Shown piece after piece: positions 18,242 through 29,236 of a stretch of 64,000 bases of DNA (position 1 is its first letter; each line of letters opens with the position of its first letter). The stretch covers positions 5,411 through 69,410 of the forward strand of contig CAXXUG010000010.1 of assembly GCA_963664835.2 (NCBI GenBank), read 5' to 3'. A program made the translations under genes and the position numbers. Source of the DNA: Chloroflexota bacterium. Its GTDB lineage: Bacteria > Chloroflexota > UBA6077 > FW602-bin22 > JBCLEL01. A model generated the notes under the pieces. That model was not told the DNA's origin and made no database searches. It was given only the letters and a program-made list of their open reading frames with translations.

Positions 18242-20548
18242 GTGAGAGTGGAAGCGCTCAGATTTTACGTAGCCACTGACGGCGACGACCGGTGGTCCGG
18301 CAAACTGGCCAGTCCCAACCCCGATAGAGACGATGGCCCATTTGCCAGTCTCGCAAGAGCCCGCGATGCCGTTCGGGAGGGGAGAAGAAGCCTAACAAAG
18401 TCGTGCGCCGTGACGGTTATGGTGCGTGACGGCAAGTATTTCCTTGACCAGCCATTGGTGCTGGACGCGAGAGACAGTGGTACACGTGAGAATCCGGTGA
18501 CATACACAGCATACCCGGGAGAGAGCCCCATCCTGAGCGGCGGCCGGAAGATCACGGATTGGGAGACTCACGAGGGCAAAATCATGCGGGTCTCGTTGCC
18601 TGACGCAAAGGTAGGGGGTTGGAAGTCAAGGCAGCTATTCTTCAACGGCGAACGCCAGATCAGAGCAAGATATCCCAACTTCGATCCCGACAACCCCCTG
18701 TACGGTGGTTGGGCGTTCATGGAAGGTCCCGCCGACGACGGAAGCATCAGCGGGTATCGGTTCCCGGAAGGCACCGGCGCAAATCTGTATATGCGGCCGG
18801 CGATCGAGGGCGGGAATGCGACGTCTTTCCACTTTAAGCCAGGAACGTTCGAGCGAAGTTGGGCAAAGCCATCCCAGGGCGAAGTAAACTGCTTTTTCTT
18901 CAGCGGGATTACAAACGACATCGTTTCGATCGAATCGGTAGACGAAGAGAAGCGCATCATCAAGTTGGCGCGAGAGATATGGCAGAACGATCGTCCTCCG
19001 TGGTACCTCGCGTTCTGCTTCTATCGGAACAATCGCTTCATTGTGGAGAACCTGTTGGAAGAACTTGACCAACCGGGCGAGTGGTGTCTTGATTCCGAGG
19101 ATGGCGTTCTCTACTTTTGGCCGCCCAGTGACTTAGAAGAAGGTGAGGTGGTCTTTCCGTTCAACGACTGTCTGATCAGCCTGAGAGGCGCCTCGTGGAT
19201 CACCGTTTCGGGGTTCACCTTCACCGAGACCCTGGACGCCGGCGACGACATATGTCGAGCCGGCGGCGATGGATATGGAGCGATGTACCCGCGCCAAGGG
19301 TGGAGCTACTGTGGAGAGGCGCTGCACATGCGCCGCTCCGAACATTGCTCGATAGAGAATAATCGGTTCTACGCGGTTGGCGGCAACGCCATCTACCTGG
19401 AGGGGGACAACTTTCGCAACCGGATTCAGCGCAACGAAATCGAATATGCGGGTGCACACGGCGTTTGTCTTGCGGGCTCCGTGCTGCAGCATCCCCGGTT
19501 CAACCGCGTGGAGGACAATCATATTCATCACGTCGGGATTCTTCAGAAGTTTGGGGCCGGCGTATATCTCGCGGCGAGTGATGGAAACGCAGTTGGCCAT
19601 AACCACATACATCACGTGCCCCACCATGCGGTAAATCTGGGCAGTAACGGCAGCGGGCGCAACTACGTAGAGTACAACCGCATCCAATATACGGCCCTGG
19701 AGAACCACGACTCTACCGCGATCAACTGTTGGGGAGACGTGCCGATGAACGCTCCAAAGCCGGACTCGGAGCGGTGCGGACACGTAATTCGCCACAACTT
19801 CATAGCTGATACCTGGGGATGCCTGGTCGTCGAGAAAGACGACTCCGTTTCGATTGAGGCGCCTACGGTGGTCCTTACCCACGCAATCTACCTAGACGAC
19901 TTTGCCAGCAACTGCCTGGTCTATGGGAACATCATCGCCCGGGCGGGCGTTGGGATTCAGATTCACTCCGGCAAGAACAATCTGGTCGAGAACAATATCT
20001 TCGTGGGATGCGATTACCCCATCCGCTACTGGAACAACGCCGCGGGAAGGATTGCCAACAAGCCCATGGTGGGGTTCATGACCGGAAATCGCTTTTGTCG
20101 AAACATCGTGTACACGGTCCAGCCCACCGGCGGGTTGATAGACACCGGGAACGGTTGGACCGAAGAGGTGATCCAGGAATGCGAAGACAATCTGTACTTT
20201 GACCCAGAAGGCGAACGACACTTTGTCACCGTGATCCGGCGCGCGGCTGATGAGACAGATAACTATTCCCTGCCCGCAAGCGTGGTCAAGGAACACCTTT
20301 CGTTGACGGATTGGCGGACGATGGGGTATGACCTGCACTCGGTGGTCGCCGACCCAAGCTTCGTTGACCCGGAGAAAGACGACTTTCGATTGCGGCCTGA
20401 GTCACCGGCCTACAGTCTAGGATTTCTCCCGATCAACACTGGTCAAATCGGCGTCAGGAGACGCGACAAGGCGCAGGGCATCGACGGGAACTCGCATTAT
20501 CAGCGGTCGATCCGACAGGTCGCGGGCGTAGAACGCCAGCGTACCTAG
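18242..20548 (+). CDS. Right-handed parallel beta-helix repeat protein (pectate-lyase fold; polysaccharide lyase/hydrolase-like)
   Basis: FYVATDGDDRWSGKLASPNPDRDDGPFASLARARDAV N-terminus and many NxI / H-H-V repeat turns (NNRFY..GGNAIYL, NHIHHVG, HNHIHHVPHHAVNL). I moved the start to GTG 18242, after GGAAAGGGG. No signal peptide is evident. Confidence 0.75.
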   Translation: MRVEALRFYVATDGDDRWSGKLASPNPDRDDGPFASLARARDAVREGRRSLTKSCAVTVMVRDGKYFLDQPLVLDARDSGTRENPVTYTAYPGESPILSGGRKITDWETHEGKIMRVSLPDAKVGGWKSRQLFFNGERQIRARYPNFDPDNPLYGGWAFMEGPADDGSISGYRFPEGTGANLYMRPAIEGGNATSFHFKPGTFERSWAKPSQGEVNCFFFSGITNDIVSIESVDEEKRIIKLAREIWQNDRPPWYLAFCFYRNNRFIVENLLEELDQPGEWCLDSEDGVLYFWPPSDLEEGEVVFPFNDCLISLRGASWITVSGFTFTETLDAGDDICRAGGDGYGAMYPRQGWSYCGEALHMRRSEHCSIENNRFYAVGGNAIYLEGDNFRNRIQRNEIEYAGAHGVCLAGSVLQHPRFNRVEDNHIHHVGILQKFGAGVYLAASDGNAVGHNHIHHVPHHAVNLGSNGSGRNYVEYNRIQYTALENHDSTAINCWGDVPMNAPKPDSERCGHVIRHNFIADTWGCLVVEKDDSVSIEAPTVVLTHAIYLDDFASNCLVYGNIIARAGVGIQIHSGKNNLVENNIFVGCDYPIRYWNNAAGRIANKPMVGFMTGNRFCRNIVYTVQPTGGLIDTGNGWTEEVIQECEDNLYFDPEGERHFVTVIRRAADETDNYSLPASVVKEHLSLTDWRTMGYDLHSVVADPSFVDPEKDDFRLRPESPAYSLGFLPINTGQIGVRRRDKAQGIDGNSHYQRSIRQVAGVERQRT

Positions 20549-20574
20549 GAGAATATCGAGCGCCGGCTCTGGGT

Positions 20575-21717
20575 CTACTCTATGACGAATAGCTCGTTCG
20601 TCGGCGCGTAATCGGAGAGTATTTCCGGCGCACTGTCGGTTACCAGCACAGTCTCTTCGATGTGGAATCGGCCGCCCACATGATCGTCCACGCCGTGCTC
20701 GATCTGTACGACCATGCCCGGCTCCAAAGGGGTTGGTTCGTCCGGCTCCAGGACGGGCGCCTCGTGTATGGCGACCCCGATGCTGTGGCCAACCATCTGG
20801 CTGATGTAGTCGAAGCCCCGCTTTTCGTAGGTGGTCTTGGCGGCGGTATACAGTTCGGCCGGCACCGCGCCGGGTCGGACGTGATCTATGGTGTTACGCA
20901 TGGTGTCGTAGAGCCATCGATAGCGAGAGCTGTGCAACTCATCGGGCTCTCCGACGACAGCCATCCTGGCGATATCGGAAAAGTAGCCATCGATCTGACC
21001 GCCGCAGTCTACGTGCACAAGCTCCCCAGGCATCAGCTTCTTGTCCCCAGGCTGATGGTGGATGACTTGAGAGTTGGTGCCGGCGTGGAAGACCATCCAA
21101 GTATCCACGGCACCAGCTTGGAGGATGCCGTAGATGATGTCGTTTGCGACCTTCTTCTCAGTGTCTCCAACACGAGCGTTCGCAAAGGCGTCGCGGATGG
21201 CCTTTTCGGTAGCGACCGCGGCGCGCTTGAGCGCCGCAACCTCGTCGGCGGACTTTATGGCTCGGGCCCGTTCGAAAACACCGTCCGCCGGCACCAAGGT
21301 GGCATTCGGGAGCAGCATCTTGAGCTCATCCACGGACTTGGCCGGTAGAAGCGCCATATCCACGCCAACTCGCTCGTCGGTTGCGTTGTGCTCACGAAGG
21401 ACGTCGGCGACCACGCTCAACGGAGTCTCTTGACCTTCCCGATAAGTCCGCCTCTCCTGCATGATGCGGATATCCTTGATCCAGGAGTCTCTATGCATGA
21501 TTCGATCGTAGACACCATTCACGATCGCGGTCGGATCAGAGTGCCGGCCGATCACAACGCCGGAGAACACTTCCTGGATTCGGAGCTTATGTGACAGGAG
21601 CCAGGCTCCGCTCACGTACATGAAGTTCTCGGGACCGACGCCGATCAACGCATCCAGGTCTGCCCATTCCATCCCGCTCCGAAGTCCGGCTAAATTGACT
21701 CGCTCTGGTCCTGACAT
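20575..21717 (-). CDS. M24 family metallopeptidase (Xaa-Pro dipeptidase/creatinase-like)
   Basis: HVDCGGQIDGYFSDIARM, GHSIGVAIHEAP, VQIEHGV, EETVLVT. The start at ATG 21717 follows GAAGGAG. Confidence 0.85.
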   Translation of the reverse strand: MSGPERVNLAGLRSGMEWADLDALIGVGPENFMYVSGAWLLSHKLRIQEVFSGVVIGRHSDPTAIVNGVYDRIMHRDSWIKDIRIMQERRTYREGQETPLSVVADVLREHNATDERVGVDMALLPAKSVDELKMLLPNATLVPADGVFERARAIKSADEVAALKRAAVATEKAIRDAFANARVGDTEKKVANDIIYGILQAGAVDTWMVFHAGTNSQVIHHQPGDKKLMPGELVHVDCGGQIDGYFSDIARMAVVGEPDELHSSRYRWLYDTMRNTIDHVRPGAVPAELYTAAKTTYEKRGFDYISQMVGHSIGVAIHEAPVLEPDEPTPLEPGMVVQIEHGVDDHVGGRFHIEETVLVTDSAPEILSDYAPTNELFVIE

Positions 21718-22015
21718 CGACTTCACTCCTTCAGAGTCACCCGCGACCCGATCATCCACGACGCATGAGTCTCATATTTGGAGGCACCGCGCCTCGCGAA
21801 CTAGGACGAAAAACCATCGATTCCGTCGTTATTATATTGGTCCCAACCCAGGGTTCGGCCGTAGCCCGTGTATGCAGAGCCACAGATCTTGTTCCGAAGT
21901 AACGGAAGTGCCCGCGAAGTGGCGTGTGGCACTCTGTCGCTAAAGACGCCGCATACGAAGCTACTGCTGGAGGATAGCGGGTCCTTGGTCGACCAACGAA
22001 AATCCGTACTGGAGA

Positions 22016-23062
22016 TCAAACCGGCGGTAACTCTATACCCAAGCCGTCGGCGGCGCGCTCGATTCGGGCCCAGGTAGCATCGGCAATGGGGATGCCATCC
22101 CTGAGGCGGCGCTCCTTCTGGGCCAACTCCGGCTCGCCGGGGATCATTACGCCCCCAGTACCGGGGGCTGGCTCGATGGCTTTCAGCCGGTCAACAAGCA
22201 CTTCAACGTGTTGGCCGTAGGAGCTTCCCGGCTGAAAGGCGGCGGTATCGAAAGCGATGAACAGGGTGCCGGTTTTCTCCAGATTGGAGTCGACTCGACC
22301 CTGATGGCCAATGTCGTGCTCACCGATTAGTGCGGCGGCAAGTATCTCCACCGCCAACCCAAGTCCGTAGCCTTTATGGCCGCCGGCCGGCAACAATGCG
22401 CCGCCATCAAAGAAGTCAGCCGGGTCTATCGTGGGATTGCCGGCCTTGTCGATGATGAGGCCGGGAGCGACCTGCTTACCCTCATCTCGGGCAACCGCCA
22501 GCTTACCTACGGCGACCATCGTGGTAGCGAAGTCGACGACCACGGGAGGGTATCTGCCGGCGGGAAGTCCAAATGCGATCGGGTTCGCGGCCAGCGCGCC
22601 GGATTTACCCCCGGGCGGCACCATGAACGTCTGCTCGAAGCCGCCGTGGGTGATGATCGTCCCAATTCCTTCCGCGGCCGCCAACTCGCAGTAGTGGCCC
22701 AGCCGGCCGGTATGGTTGCAATGGATCGCTCCGACGATGGCCACCTTGTGTTGCCTAGCTTTCTCTATTGCCAACTTTGCGGCGAACTCGGCCCCCACCT
22801 GACCGAAGGTCCAACTTCCACTGACTACCGCCATGCTGCCCATATCTTTGAGCACCGTCGGACTGGCAGTAGGATCTATATACCCATCACTCAACGCGTC
22901 GAGATACATCACAAGGCAGGAGACTCCATGGGAATCGTGTCCGAGCAAGTTCGAAAGGGCGAGATGCTCGGCAACGCACGCGGCATTCTCCTTACTGGCG
23001 CCGGCATTTATCAAGACTTCGCTGCAGAAGCGTCTCAGTTGGTCAAATGGCAGAACTATCAA
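22016..23062 (-). CDS. Ldh_2 family (malate/L-lactate dehydrogenase family 2) oxidoreductase
   Basis: LSNLLGHDSHGV...NPIAFGLPAG...GGHKGYGLGLAVEIL. Confidence 0.85.
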   Translation of the reverse strand: MIVLPFDQLRRFCSEVLINAGASKENAACVAEHLALSNLLGHDSHGVSCLVMYLDALSDGYIDPTASPTVLKDMGSMAVVSGSWTFGQVGAEFAAKLAIEKARQHKVAIVGAIHCNHTGRLGHYCELAAAEGIGTIITHGGFEQTFMVPPGGKSGALAANPIAFGLPAGRYPPVVVDFATTMVAVGKLAVARDEGKQVAPGLIIDKAGNPTIDPADFFDGGALLPAGGHKGYGLGLAVEILAAALIGEHDIGHQGRVDSNLEKTGTLFIAFDTAAFQPGSSYGQHVEVLVDRLKAIEPAPGTGGVMIPGEPELAQKERRLRDGIPIADATWARIERAADGLGIELPPV

Positions 23063-23240
23063 TTCAGTCGTCCTCGCTTAGTTGTAGGTCTCCAGCTATG
23101 AACTGACGGGTTGGGAACCCAACCTCGAGTTGCGGCGGTAAGCGGAGCCAATCAGATGCCATAGATGAATCGCAGCGGAGTATCGCATACTTGAAGCGCA
23201 GCCAGTTAGAGCTTCAAGGTCGGGATCGGAGGCGCTTGCA

Positions 23241-24119
23241 TCAACATATCGCCAAAGGGTTGATCGGGCTGCCGATTCCATTAATCAGGCGCATCGGCGC
23301 GGCTACGAACATAAACTCGTAGACCTTGTCGGCAGCCAACTCTTCGAGGTGCAGGAACTCCATCAGATAACCGCCCAGGTCCCGGATTACGCTGTAGTGC
23401 AGCGTCTTCGGCCCGCCTGGCGATTGCGGGAAAGGCTCGACGGACATGTTGTCGGCTCCGAGCGCCGAGATGTCGTGCTCGCTGAACCAGCCGGCGACGG
23501 ATCTGCTCACTCCTGGAGAACTGGATCGAAACCTGATTGGGTCCTCAAAGAAGACGTTCATCCAGCCGGTGCGAATCAGGACTATGTCGCCGGCCTTGAC
23601 CTCGATTCCCTGGGCTCGGGCACAGGCATTCAGCTCGGCCGGCGGAATCTCGTCGCTGGACTCGAGGCGATCGACGCCACGGTGGCCGGCAATGTCAAGG
23701 AGAACGCCGCGTCCGACGATTGATACGATGTTTTGGACGCCGTTCTTGTTTGATCCGGATGTCGGATGGATCGCTTCGTCGACGCGAAACCCGTTATACA
23801 TCTGATTCTCGGCGAAGATATGACACAAGGCATCGATATGGGTGGTGCCGTGGGTGTGCATCACGATCACGTCGTCCGCGGCACTGTGCGATGGAGAGGG
23901 ACGTTCGATGAGCGAGGTTCGATGCCACAGAGGATTGCGGATATCAGGAAGGGGCCCGTCCTTGTCCAACTCCATGGAAAGACTGTATACCCTGCCTTGA
24001 CGAACCAGGGAGGCGGAATCCTGTACGTGTCCAGAGGTGAGCAGGTTCAGGGTTCCCCGTTGGTCGTCAGGACCCCACCTCCCCCAGTTACTCAGGGTTT
24101 CGCTTGACATCGTCTGCAT
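23241..24119 (-). CDS. Cyclase family protein (kynurenine formamidase-like fold)
   Basis: WGRWGPDDQRGTLNLLT and the metal motif HTHGTTHIDALCH. Confidence 0.8.
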   Translation of the reverse strand: MQTMSSETLSNWGRWGPDDQRGTLNLLTSGHVQDSASLVRQGRVYSLSMELDKDGPLPDIRNPLWHRTSLIERPSPSHSAADDVIVMHTHGTTHIDALCHIFAENQMYNGFRVDEAIHPTSGSNKNGVQNIVSIVGRGVLLDIAGHRGVDRLESSDEIPPAELNACARAQGIEVKAGDIVLIRTGWMNVFFEDPIRFRSSSPGVSRSVAGWFSEHDISALGADNMSVEPFPQSPGGPKTLHYSVIRDLGGYLMEFLHLEELAADKVYEFMFVAAPMRLINGIGSPINPLAIC

Positions 24120-24264
24120 CCTCCAGTTTTGGTACTCGGATAGATCGCGGTCCGCAGGTCATTTAGCCTGGCGGCCGGTAACCTCGCGCACAGCCTAAAT
24201 TTGACTGAAATGGTAGGGATTCGTCCGGCTTGCCAGGCGGTGGGCGAAGGGCATAGGTGGCAGG

Positions 24265-25038
24265 TTAAGCGAATGCTCTTCTGAAGCGGGCCATCGCCTC
24301 AAGGTCGTCGGCCAACGGGAAAGCTTCCATTCCGATCGCGCCCTGATAGCCCAGCTCTCTCAGAGTCGACGCAACCTTGGGATAGTTGATTTCGCCGGTG
24401 CCGGGCTCGTGGCGGCCGGGGACATCGGCGACGTGGATGTACCCGATGAGTTCGAAGTAGTCCCGCAGGCCCTGAATGACATTTCCCTCCTCGACTTGGG
24501 CGTGGTAAATGTCGAATAGGATTCTGATCCGGGGGCTATCGACCGCTTCCACGAGACGCACCGTGTCCTCCACATGGGACAGTGGATAGCCGGCGTGGTC
24601 GACCTTGGTGTTCAGCGTTTCTACCGAGTAAATCACGTCGTGCCGCTCGGCTAGCTCGGCCATTTCCAACAGCGTCTTGTATGCCGTGATCCACATCGTG
24701 GCCGGATGATCGGATATCTGGTGTACGACCCTGCCCTCGCGATTAATCTCGCCGGTGCCGAGGGCGAGATTTCGGCAATTCAGTTTCTCTGCGGCGGCTA
24801 AGCACCGTTTCGCGCCCTCAAGAAAAGACGCCACGCCGTCCGGGTGCACCATGCTGCCCTCGGCCCAACCGGGCATCGCCGATATCTGAACCGATGGATC
24901 CGCACCGATCGCGCTCGCGACATCGTCGTCCCATCCCCATAGGTCTACCAGGAATCCCGCTTCTGAGATAGCCCGGACCCGCTGCTCCCAGGTAAATTGG
25001 GGCAAGACTGTCCCCTCGCAAACCGATAATCGATACAT
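24265..25038 (-). CDS. Hydroxypyruvate isomerase family TIM-barrel protein (Hyi/OtnI-like)
   Basis: RILFDIYHAQVEEGNV...IGYIHVADVPGRHEPGTGEINY closely parallels E. coli Hyi, as far as I recall that sequence. The start at ATG 25038 follows AGGAG. Confidence 0.8.
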   Translation of the reverse strand: MYRLSVCEGTVLPQFTWEQRVRAISEAGFLVDLWGWDDDVASAIGADPSVQISAMPGWAEGSMVHPDGVASFLEGAKRCLAAAEKLNCRNLALGTGEINREGRVVHQISDHPATMWITAYKTLLEMAELAERHDVIYSVETLNTKVDHAGYPLSHVEDTVRLVEAVDSPRIRILFDIYHAQVEEGNVIQGLRDYFELIGYIHVADVPGRHEPGTGEINYPKVASTLRELGYQGAIGMEAFPLADDLEAMARFRRAFA

Positions 25039-25368
25039 ATTCGCTCCTATGCGCAAATGGCCTGGATATGATGTGCCTGATTCGTCTTGCGATAATAAGG
25101 ATAGCTGCCTAACGTCCTTCCACGACAGGTTAATGAGACCAACTCAGGACGATTAGTCCCTCGGGCCGCCGCCAACGGTGATCTCTTTACGAGCAAAGAA
25201 ACTGGAATCCCGCGGTGCGAGCCCGACGACTGGCCTGTTCCAAATCCACGACCGAACTGTAGTGAGTGGATTGTCGGAGGTCGAAACTGACGGGTACAGG
25301 GTTTACTGTGGCTATCGGATTCGGGATGTGCTCAAATCCATTAACAGATTCTAAGTCGGAGAACGTGG

Positions 25369-26334
25369 GTGACACAGGGAGCATTAGTCAGACCGCTTTC
25401 AGGTGTGTTCAGCATTGTTCCAACTCCATTCTCTGAGGATGGCGAGCTCGATGAGGCGAGCCTGCGATCCGTCGTCGAGTATTTTCTGGAATGCGAGGTG
25501 GATGGATTATTTGCTCTCGGGGTCGCAAGCGAGAGCTACTTTCTCTCCGACGAGGAGCGCCGGCGTGTCGTCGAGGTTGTAGTTGGGCAGGTGGCCGGGC
25601 GCGTGCCGGTGCTGGCCGGATCTGGTCATCCCAGCACTCACGTCGTGGTCCAGCAATGCCGACAGTATTCCCGACTCGGCGCTGCGGCGGTTGTCGTACT
25701 TCCTCCCTATGTGACCCGCCCCGATGCCGACGGCATCCTTCGTCATTTCAGGACGGTCGCGGAGTCGACTCAAGTCCCGGTCGTCCTTCAGGACGAACCC
25801 GCAAGCACCGGCGTAACGATGCCCGCCGCCCTGATCGCACGCGTAGCTCGAGAGGTCGAGAACGTTCGTTATGCCAAGGTCGAAGGCCAACCGGTCACCT
25901 ATAAGTTGACCGAGGTCAAGGAACTAGTCGGCGAGGAGATTGGGTTGTTCACGGCCGGCAGCGCCTTTTTCGACCAGGAGCTGAGCCGAGGTGTTGCAGG
26001 GATAATGACGGGCCTTGTCCTTGCCGGCTTGCTCGTCGACATATGGCGAGCATTTAACGCGAACGATATCGAGGGTGCGTGGCGACTGTGGCACAGGTAT
26101 CTGCCACTGGTCACTCTGGAGTCTCATCCCGCCCTCTTGCTTTCCGTTCGCAAGGAGATGCTGCGAATGATGGGCATTATCCAAACGGCAACTGTTCGGC
26201 CGCCGGCTTTGCGAGCCGACGCGCCGACTATACGACACTTGGAAAGCCTTCTCGATGTTTTGAATCTGAGAGGTGGATATCAACCTAGTCGTGAGTCAGG
26301 AAGTCCGAGTACGGCCGGGCCAGGCCCGACCTAG
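25369..26334 (+). CDS. Dihydrodipicolinate synthase/N-acetylneuraminate lyase family aldolase
   Basis: GVFSIVPTPFSEDGELDEASLRSVVEYFLECEVDGLFALGVASESYFLSDEER...YAKVEG. Confidence 0.8.
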   Translation: MTQGALVRPLSGVFSIVPTPFSEDGELDEASLRSVVEYFLECEVDGLFALGVASESYFLSDEERRRVVEVVVGQVAGRVPVLAGSGHPSTHVVVQQCRQYSRLGAAAVVVLPPYVTRPDADGILRHFRTVAESTQVPVVLQDEPASTGVTMPAALIARVAREVENVRYAKVEGQPVTYKLTEVKELVGEEIGLFTAGSAFFDQELSRGVAGIMTGLVLAGLLVDIWRAFNANDIEGAWRLWHRYLPLVTLESHPALLLSVRKEMLRMMGIIQTATVRPPALRADAPTIRHLESLLDVLNLRGGYQPSRESGSPSTAGPGPT

Positions 26335-26377
26335 GCTTGGCGATCCCCGAAGAGGTGGAGCCGGCGGGAGTCCTCTC

Positions 26378-26812
26378 CTAAAGGAAATTCTCCTCCACGC
26401 AGCGGAAAAACTGATTGGTCAGCATCCGAGCGACCGGCCGCACGAACCGGTCCGGCACTGCCGCTAACGCCCCAGCAACCTGATAGTCACCCGCGTACTG
26501 GACCAGTGTATTTTCACCGATCGGAGCGAGCTCAAGTCGTCCAACGGCGCTGATAGTGCCCATATCGCCGCTTCCCTCCACTTCCACTCCGTAGCTCTTG
26601 ACGGGCACTTTGTCGATGATGCGAATCGTTCCCGTGTACTCTCCCTTGACCAACGCGACACCCAGGGACATTCTGCCTTCGTACTGGTCCGGCGCCATTT
26701 GTGTAAGCTCGTGCACTCCCGGCACACAGGACGAAATCGCATCCGGATCTAGCAGTAACTCCCAGACCTTGTCGGGCGAACCCGGCAGCGTATGCTGACC
26801 GTCGAGTCTCAT
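26378..26812 (-). CDS. SRPBCC/CoxG family protein
   Basis: MRLDGQHTLPGSPDKVWELLLDPDAISSCVPGV...YEGRMSLGVALVKGEYTGTIRI. Confidence 0.8.
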   Translation of the reverse strand: MRLDGQHTLPGSPDKVWELLLDPDAISSCVPGVHELTQMAPDQYEGRMSLGVALVKGEYTGTIRIIDKVPVKSYGVEVEGSGDMGTISAVGRLELAPIGENTLVQYAGDYQVAGALAAVPDRFVRPVARMLTNQFFRCVEENFL

Positions 26813-27027
26813 TGGGGCCTACGGACCGTGGCGGCAGGGCTTCGGTTAGGTGGTCTCATTGTGTTCAAGGATTCTTCCTCCGACATCGGGCGACTCGGTG
26901 TGCTCGAATCAAGATGAATGATACCAATTATCCATGCCGGCTGATGCCGGCCCACCGAGGTATGAAAATCGGGGCACCGGTTGGCTGGTCTTCTGTACGA
27001 TGGCTCGGGAGTAGGGTTGGTTGGTGG

Positions 27028-27185
27028 CCTGCCGGGAGTGGAGGACGAGCCTCTCGCCTCGCGTAGTCTTCGACCGCGCTACATTTCCCCTCCCCGCCCC
27101 TCCTGGATTCCGGCGTCCGCCGGAATGGCGAACGGGGACCAGGTTTGACAAGTGCGGCAGCGTTGGTATGCGGAAGCTCTCAACG
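27028..27185 (+). repeat. Intergenic GC-rich repeat, copy R2 (core interrupted by an insertion of about 17 nt)
   Basis: ctgccgggagtggaggacgagcctctcgc...cgcgctacatttcccctccccgcccctcctggattccggcgtccgccggaatggcg...ggtatgcggaagctctc. Confidence 0.65.
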
Positions 27186-27272
27186 CCAGGTAAGATCATC
27201 TTCGCACCAATTCCTGCCAAACTGATACTGTCATCTGTCGACCCGATTGTGGTGCGGTGGCAGGCTGCTCTA

Positions 27273-28178
27273 TCAGCCTTTCATGCCGGTCAGCACGATG
27301 CCCCTGATGAACGCGCGCTGGGCCACGAAGAAGATAATGACTATGGGAAGGATCATTAACATGGACATTGCCATAGTTATGTGTGCGTTATCCATCTGAC
27401 CGTAGACCGCACGCTTCACTGCCACGATCCCAATGGCGATCGTCCAGAGCTCATAGTGGTTCAGATAGATGAGTGGCCCCAAATAGTCGTTCCAGTGGCT
27501 AAGAAAGTTGAAGATGGTCACCACGACCAGCGCGGGTACCGAGAGCGGCAGGATGATCCGCAGGAATATCGTCAGGTACCCGGCGCCATCAATAATGGCC
27601 GCGTCCTCAAGCTCGTTCGGAATTGTGCGGAAAAACTGGCGCAGTAAGAAGATACTGAAGGCACTCCCGCCAAACCAATAAGGGACGATGAGCGGCAGGA
27701 ATGTGCCGAGCCAGCCGATCTCCTTAAACATGATGTAAACGGGGATCAGGGTGACCGCATACGGCAGCATGATAGTTGCGAGGATCATTGTGAACACTAT
27801 CTCGCGACCGGGGATGCGGAGCCTGGCGAAACCGTAGGCGGCCAATGCGGAGGTTAGCACTCCGCCAAAGGTGGCAGGTACGGTGATAATCAACGTGTTT
27901 CGGACGAAACGGGGGAAAGGAAAGTTGACGAAGACATCGACGTAGTTTTCCCAACGAATAGTCTTCGGAATGATTTCTGGAGGCACGACGAAGATGGCCC
28001 AGGGTCCTTCTTTTAGGGACGCGGATATGAGCCAGAGGAACGGAACCATCATCAAGAAGCCACCCACCCCGATCACCAAGTGGGCCGAGACGGGCCTGAG
28101 CAGCCTGGCGTATTGCCGGCGAGCGGACCGCCAGTGCGCTATTGGCGCACGTTGGTTCACCAGACCAGGACTGGCCAT
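27273..28178 (-). CDS. Carbohydrate ABC transporter permease (MalG-like)
   Basis: Six hydrophobic segments and an EAA-type loop (ELEDAAIIDGAGYLTIFLRIILPLS). Confidence 0.9.
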   Translation of the reverse strand: MASPGLVNQRAPIAHWRSARRQYARLLRPVSAHLVIGVGGFLMMVPFLWLISASLKEGPWAIFVVPPEIIPKTIRWENYVDVFVNFPFPRFVRNTLIITVPATFGGVLTSALAAYGFARLRIPGREIVFTMILATIMLPYAVTLIPVYIMFKEIGWLGTFLPLIVPYWFGGSAFSIFLLRQFFRTIPNELEDAAIIDGAGYLTIFLRIILPLSVPALVVVTIFNFLSHWNDYLGPLIYLNHYELWTIAIGIVAVKRAVYGQMDNAHITMAMSMLMILPIVIIFFVAQRAFIRGIVLTGMKG

Positions 28179-28199
28179 AGTGGTTCCTCCATTTCTCGC

Positions 28200-29171
28200 C
28201 TATCTCCTCGGTGCTGCCTCATAGTAGACCCAGCGTCCCTGGCTGCGAAAGAGCAACAGGGTCAGGACCAGAATGATCAGCAACAGCACCCAAGCCATCG
28301 CCGCTGCATATCCCATCTGAAGGTAGAGGAAAGCGTTTCGGTAAAGGTACATAACGTAGACAAGCGCGGAATTCTCCGGGCCGGCGGGAGTACTCGCGTC
28401 GGACGCGACTGGTGTGAAGAGAATGTAGACGAGAGAGAAGACCTGGAAGCTGACTATTACACCGATGACGAGGTTGAAGAAGATGATTGGCGTAGTCATC
28501 GGGATCGTTACGTTCCAGAACTTGGACCACCAGCCAGCGCCATCAACTTCCGCCGCCTCATAGAGATGTTGCGGCACTCCTTGCAAGCCGGCGAGGAAGA
28601 TCAGCATCGCATTGCCAACCCCCCACAGATGGATCGTAACCAGTGCCGGCACCGTCCAATTTGGATCGCCAAACCAGTCAGGTCCGGGCAAGCCGGCCAG
28701 TCGCAGGAAGTAATTGAGCGGACCAAAGTCACGGTTCAGCAGCCAGGTCCACAGAATCGCGTTGGCCGTTGCCGGCACCAGCGAGGGCAGGTACCAGATG
28801 GTACGGTACACGCTGATTCCGCGGATCCCTTGATTCATCAGGAGCGCGATCAGGTAGGCCACTACAAGCGAAAGCGGAATAGCGAGAGCGCTGTAGTAGG
28901 CAGTGACGCCAAGTGACTTTATGAACAACTTGTCGTCGGTAAACAGCCGCTCGTAGTTGCTCAGAGCGGTCCAAACGGGCGGATTGATAATGTCATACTT
29001 AGTCAGACTGAGGTACAGCGACGCTAGGACAGGTCCGAGATTGAAGAGGAGAAGTCCGAGAACCGCCGGACCAATGAACATCCAGCCAATAATTGCCTCG
29101 CGGGTTCGAAGCCGGCTGATTCGGAACACGGATCTCGCGCGACTCATCAGCCGCGCATCTGTAGTGGACAT
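28200..29171 (-). CDS. Sugar ABC transporter permease (MalF-like)
   Basis: Hydrophobic segments and an EAA loop (HLYEAAEVDGAGWWSKFWNVTIPM). Confidence 0.9.
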   Translation of the reverse strand: MSTTDARLMSRARSVFRISRLRTREAIIGWMFIGPAVLGLLLFNLGPVLASLYLSLTKYDIINPPVWTALSNYERLFTDDKLFIKSLGVTAYYSALAIPLSLVVAYLIALLMNQGIRGISVYRTIWYLPSLVPATANAILWTWLLNRDFGPLNYFLRLAGLPGPDWFGDPNWTVPALVTIHLWGVGNAMLIFLAGLQGVPQHLYEAAEVDGAGWWSKFWNVTIPMTTPIIFFNLVIGVIVSFQVFSLVYILFTPVASDASTPAGPENSALVYVMYLYRNAFLYLQMGYAAAMAWVLLLIILVLTLLLFRSQGRWVYYEAAPRR

Positions 29172-29236
29172 CGCACTCCTGCCCGTCGGTTAGGGGACAA
29201 CCCGGGCGTGGAACAACCCACGCCCGGGTGACAGAC

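Noticed and set aside
22376-23101. 241-aa plus-strand ORF, and similar cases at 53244-54104, 62223-62948, 7612-8283 and 19133-19882
   Set aside because: All are antisense or alternative-frame ORFs inside confidently identified genes, and I treated them as high-GC artefacts.
28080-28916. 278-aa plus-strand ORF
   Set aside because: Antisense to the two ABC permease genes, which have clear TM/EAA-loop architecture.
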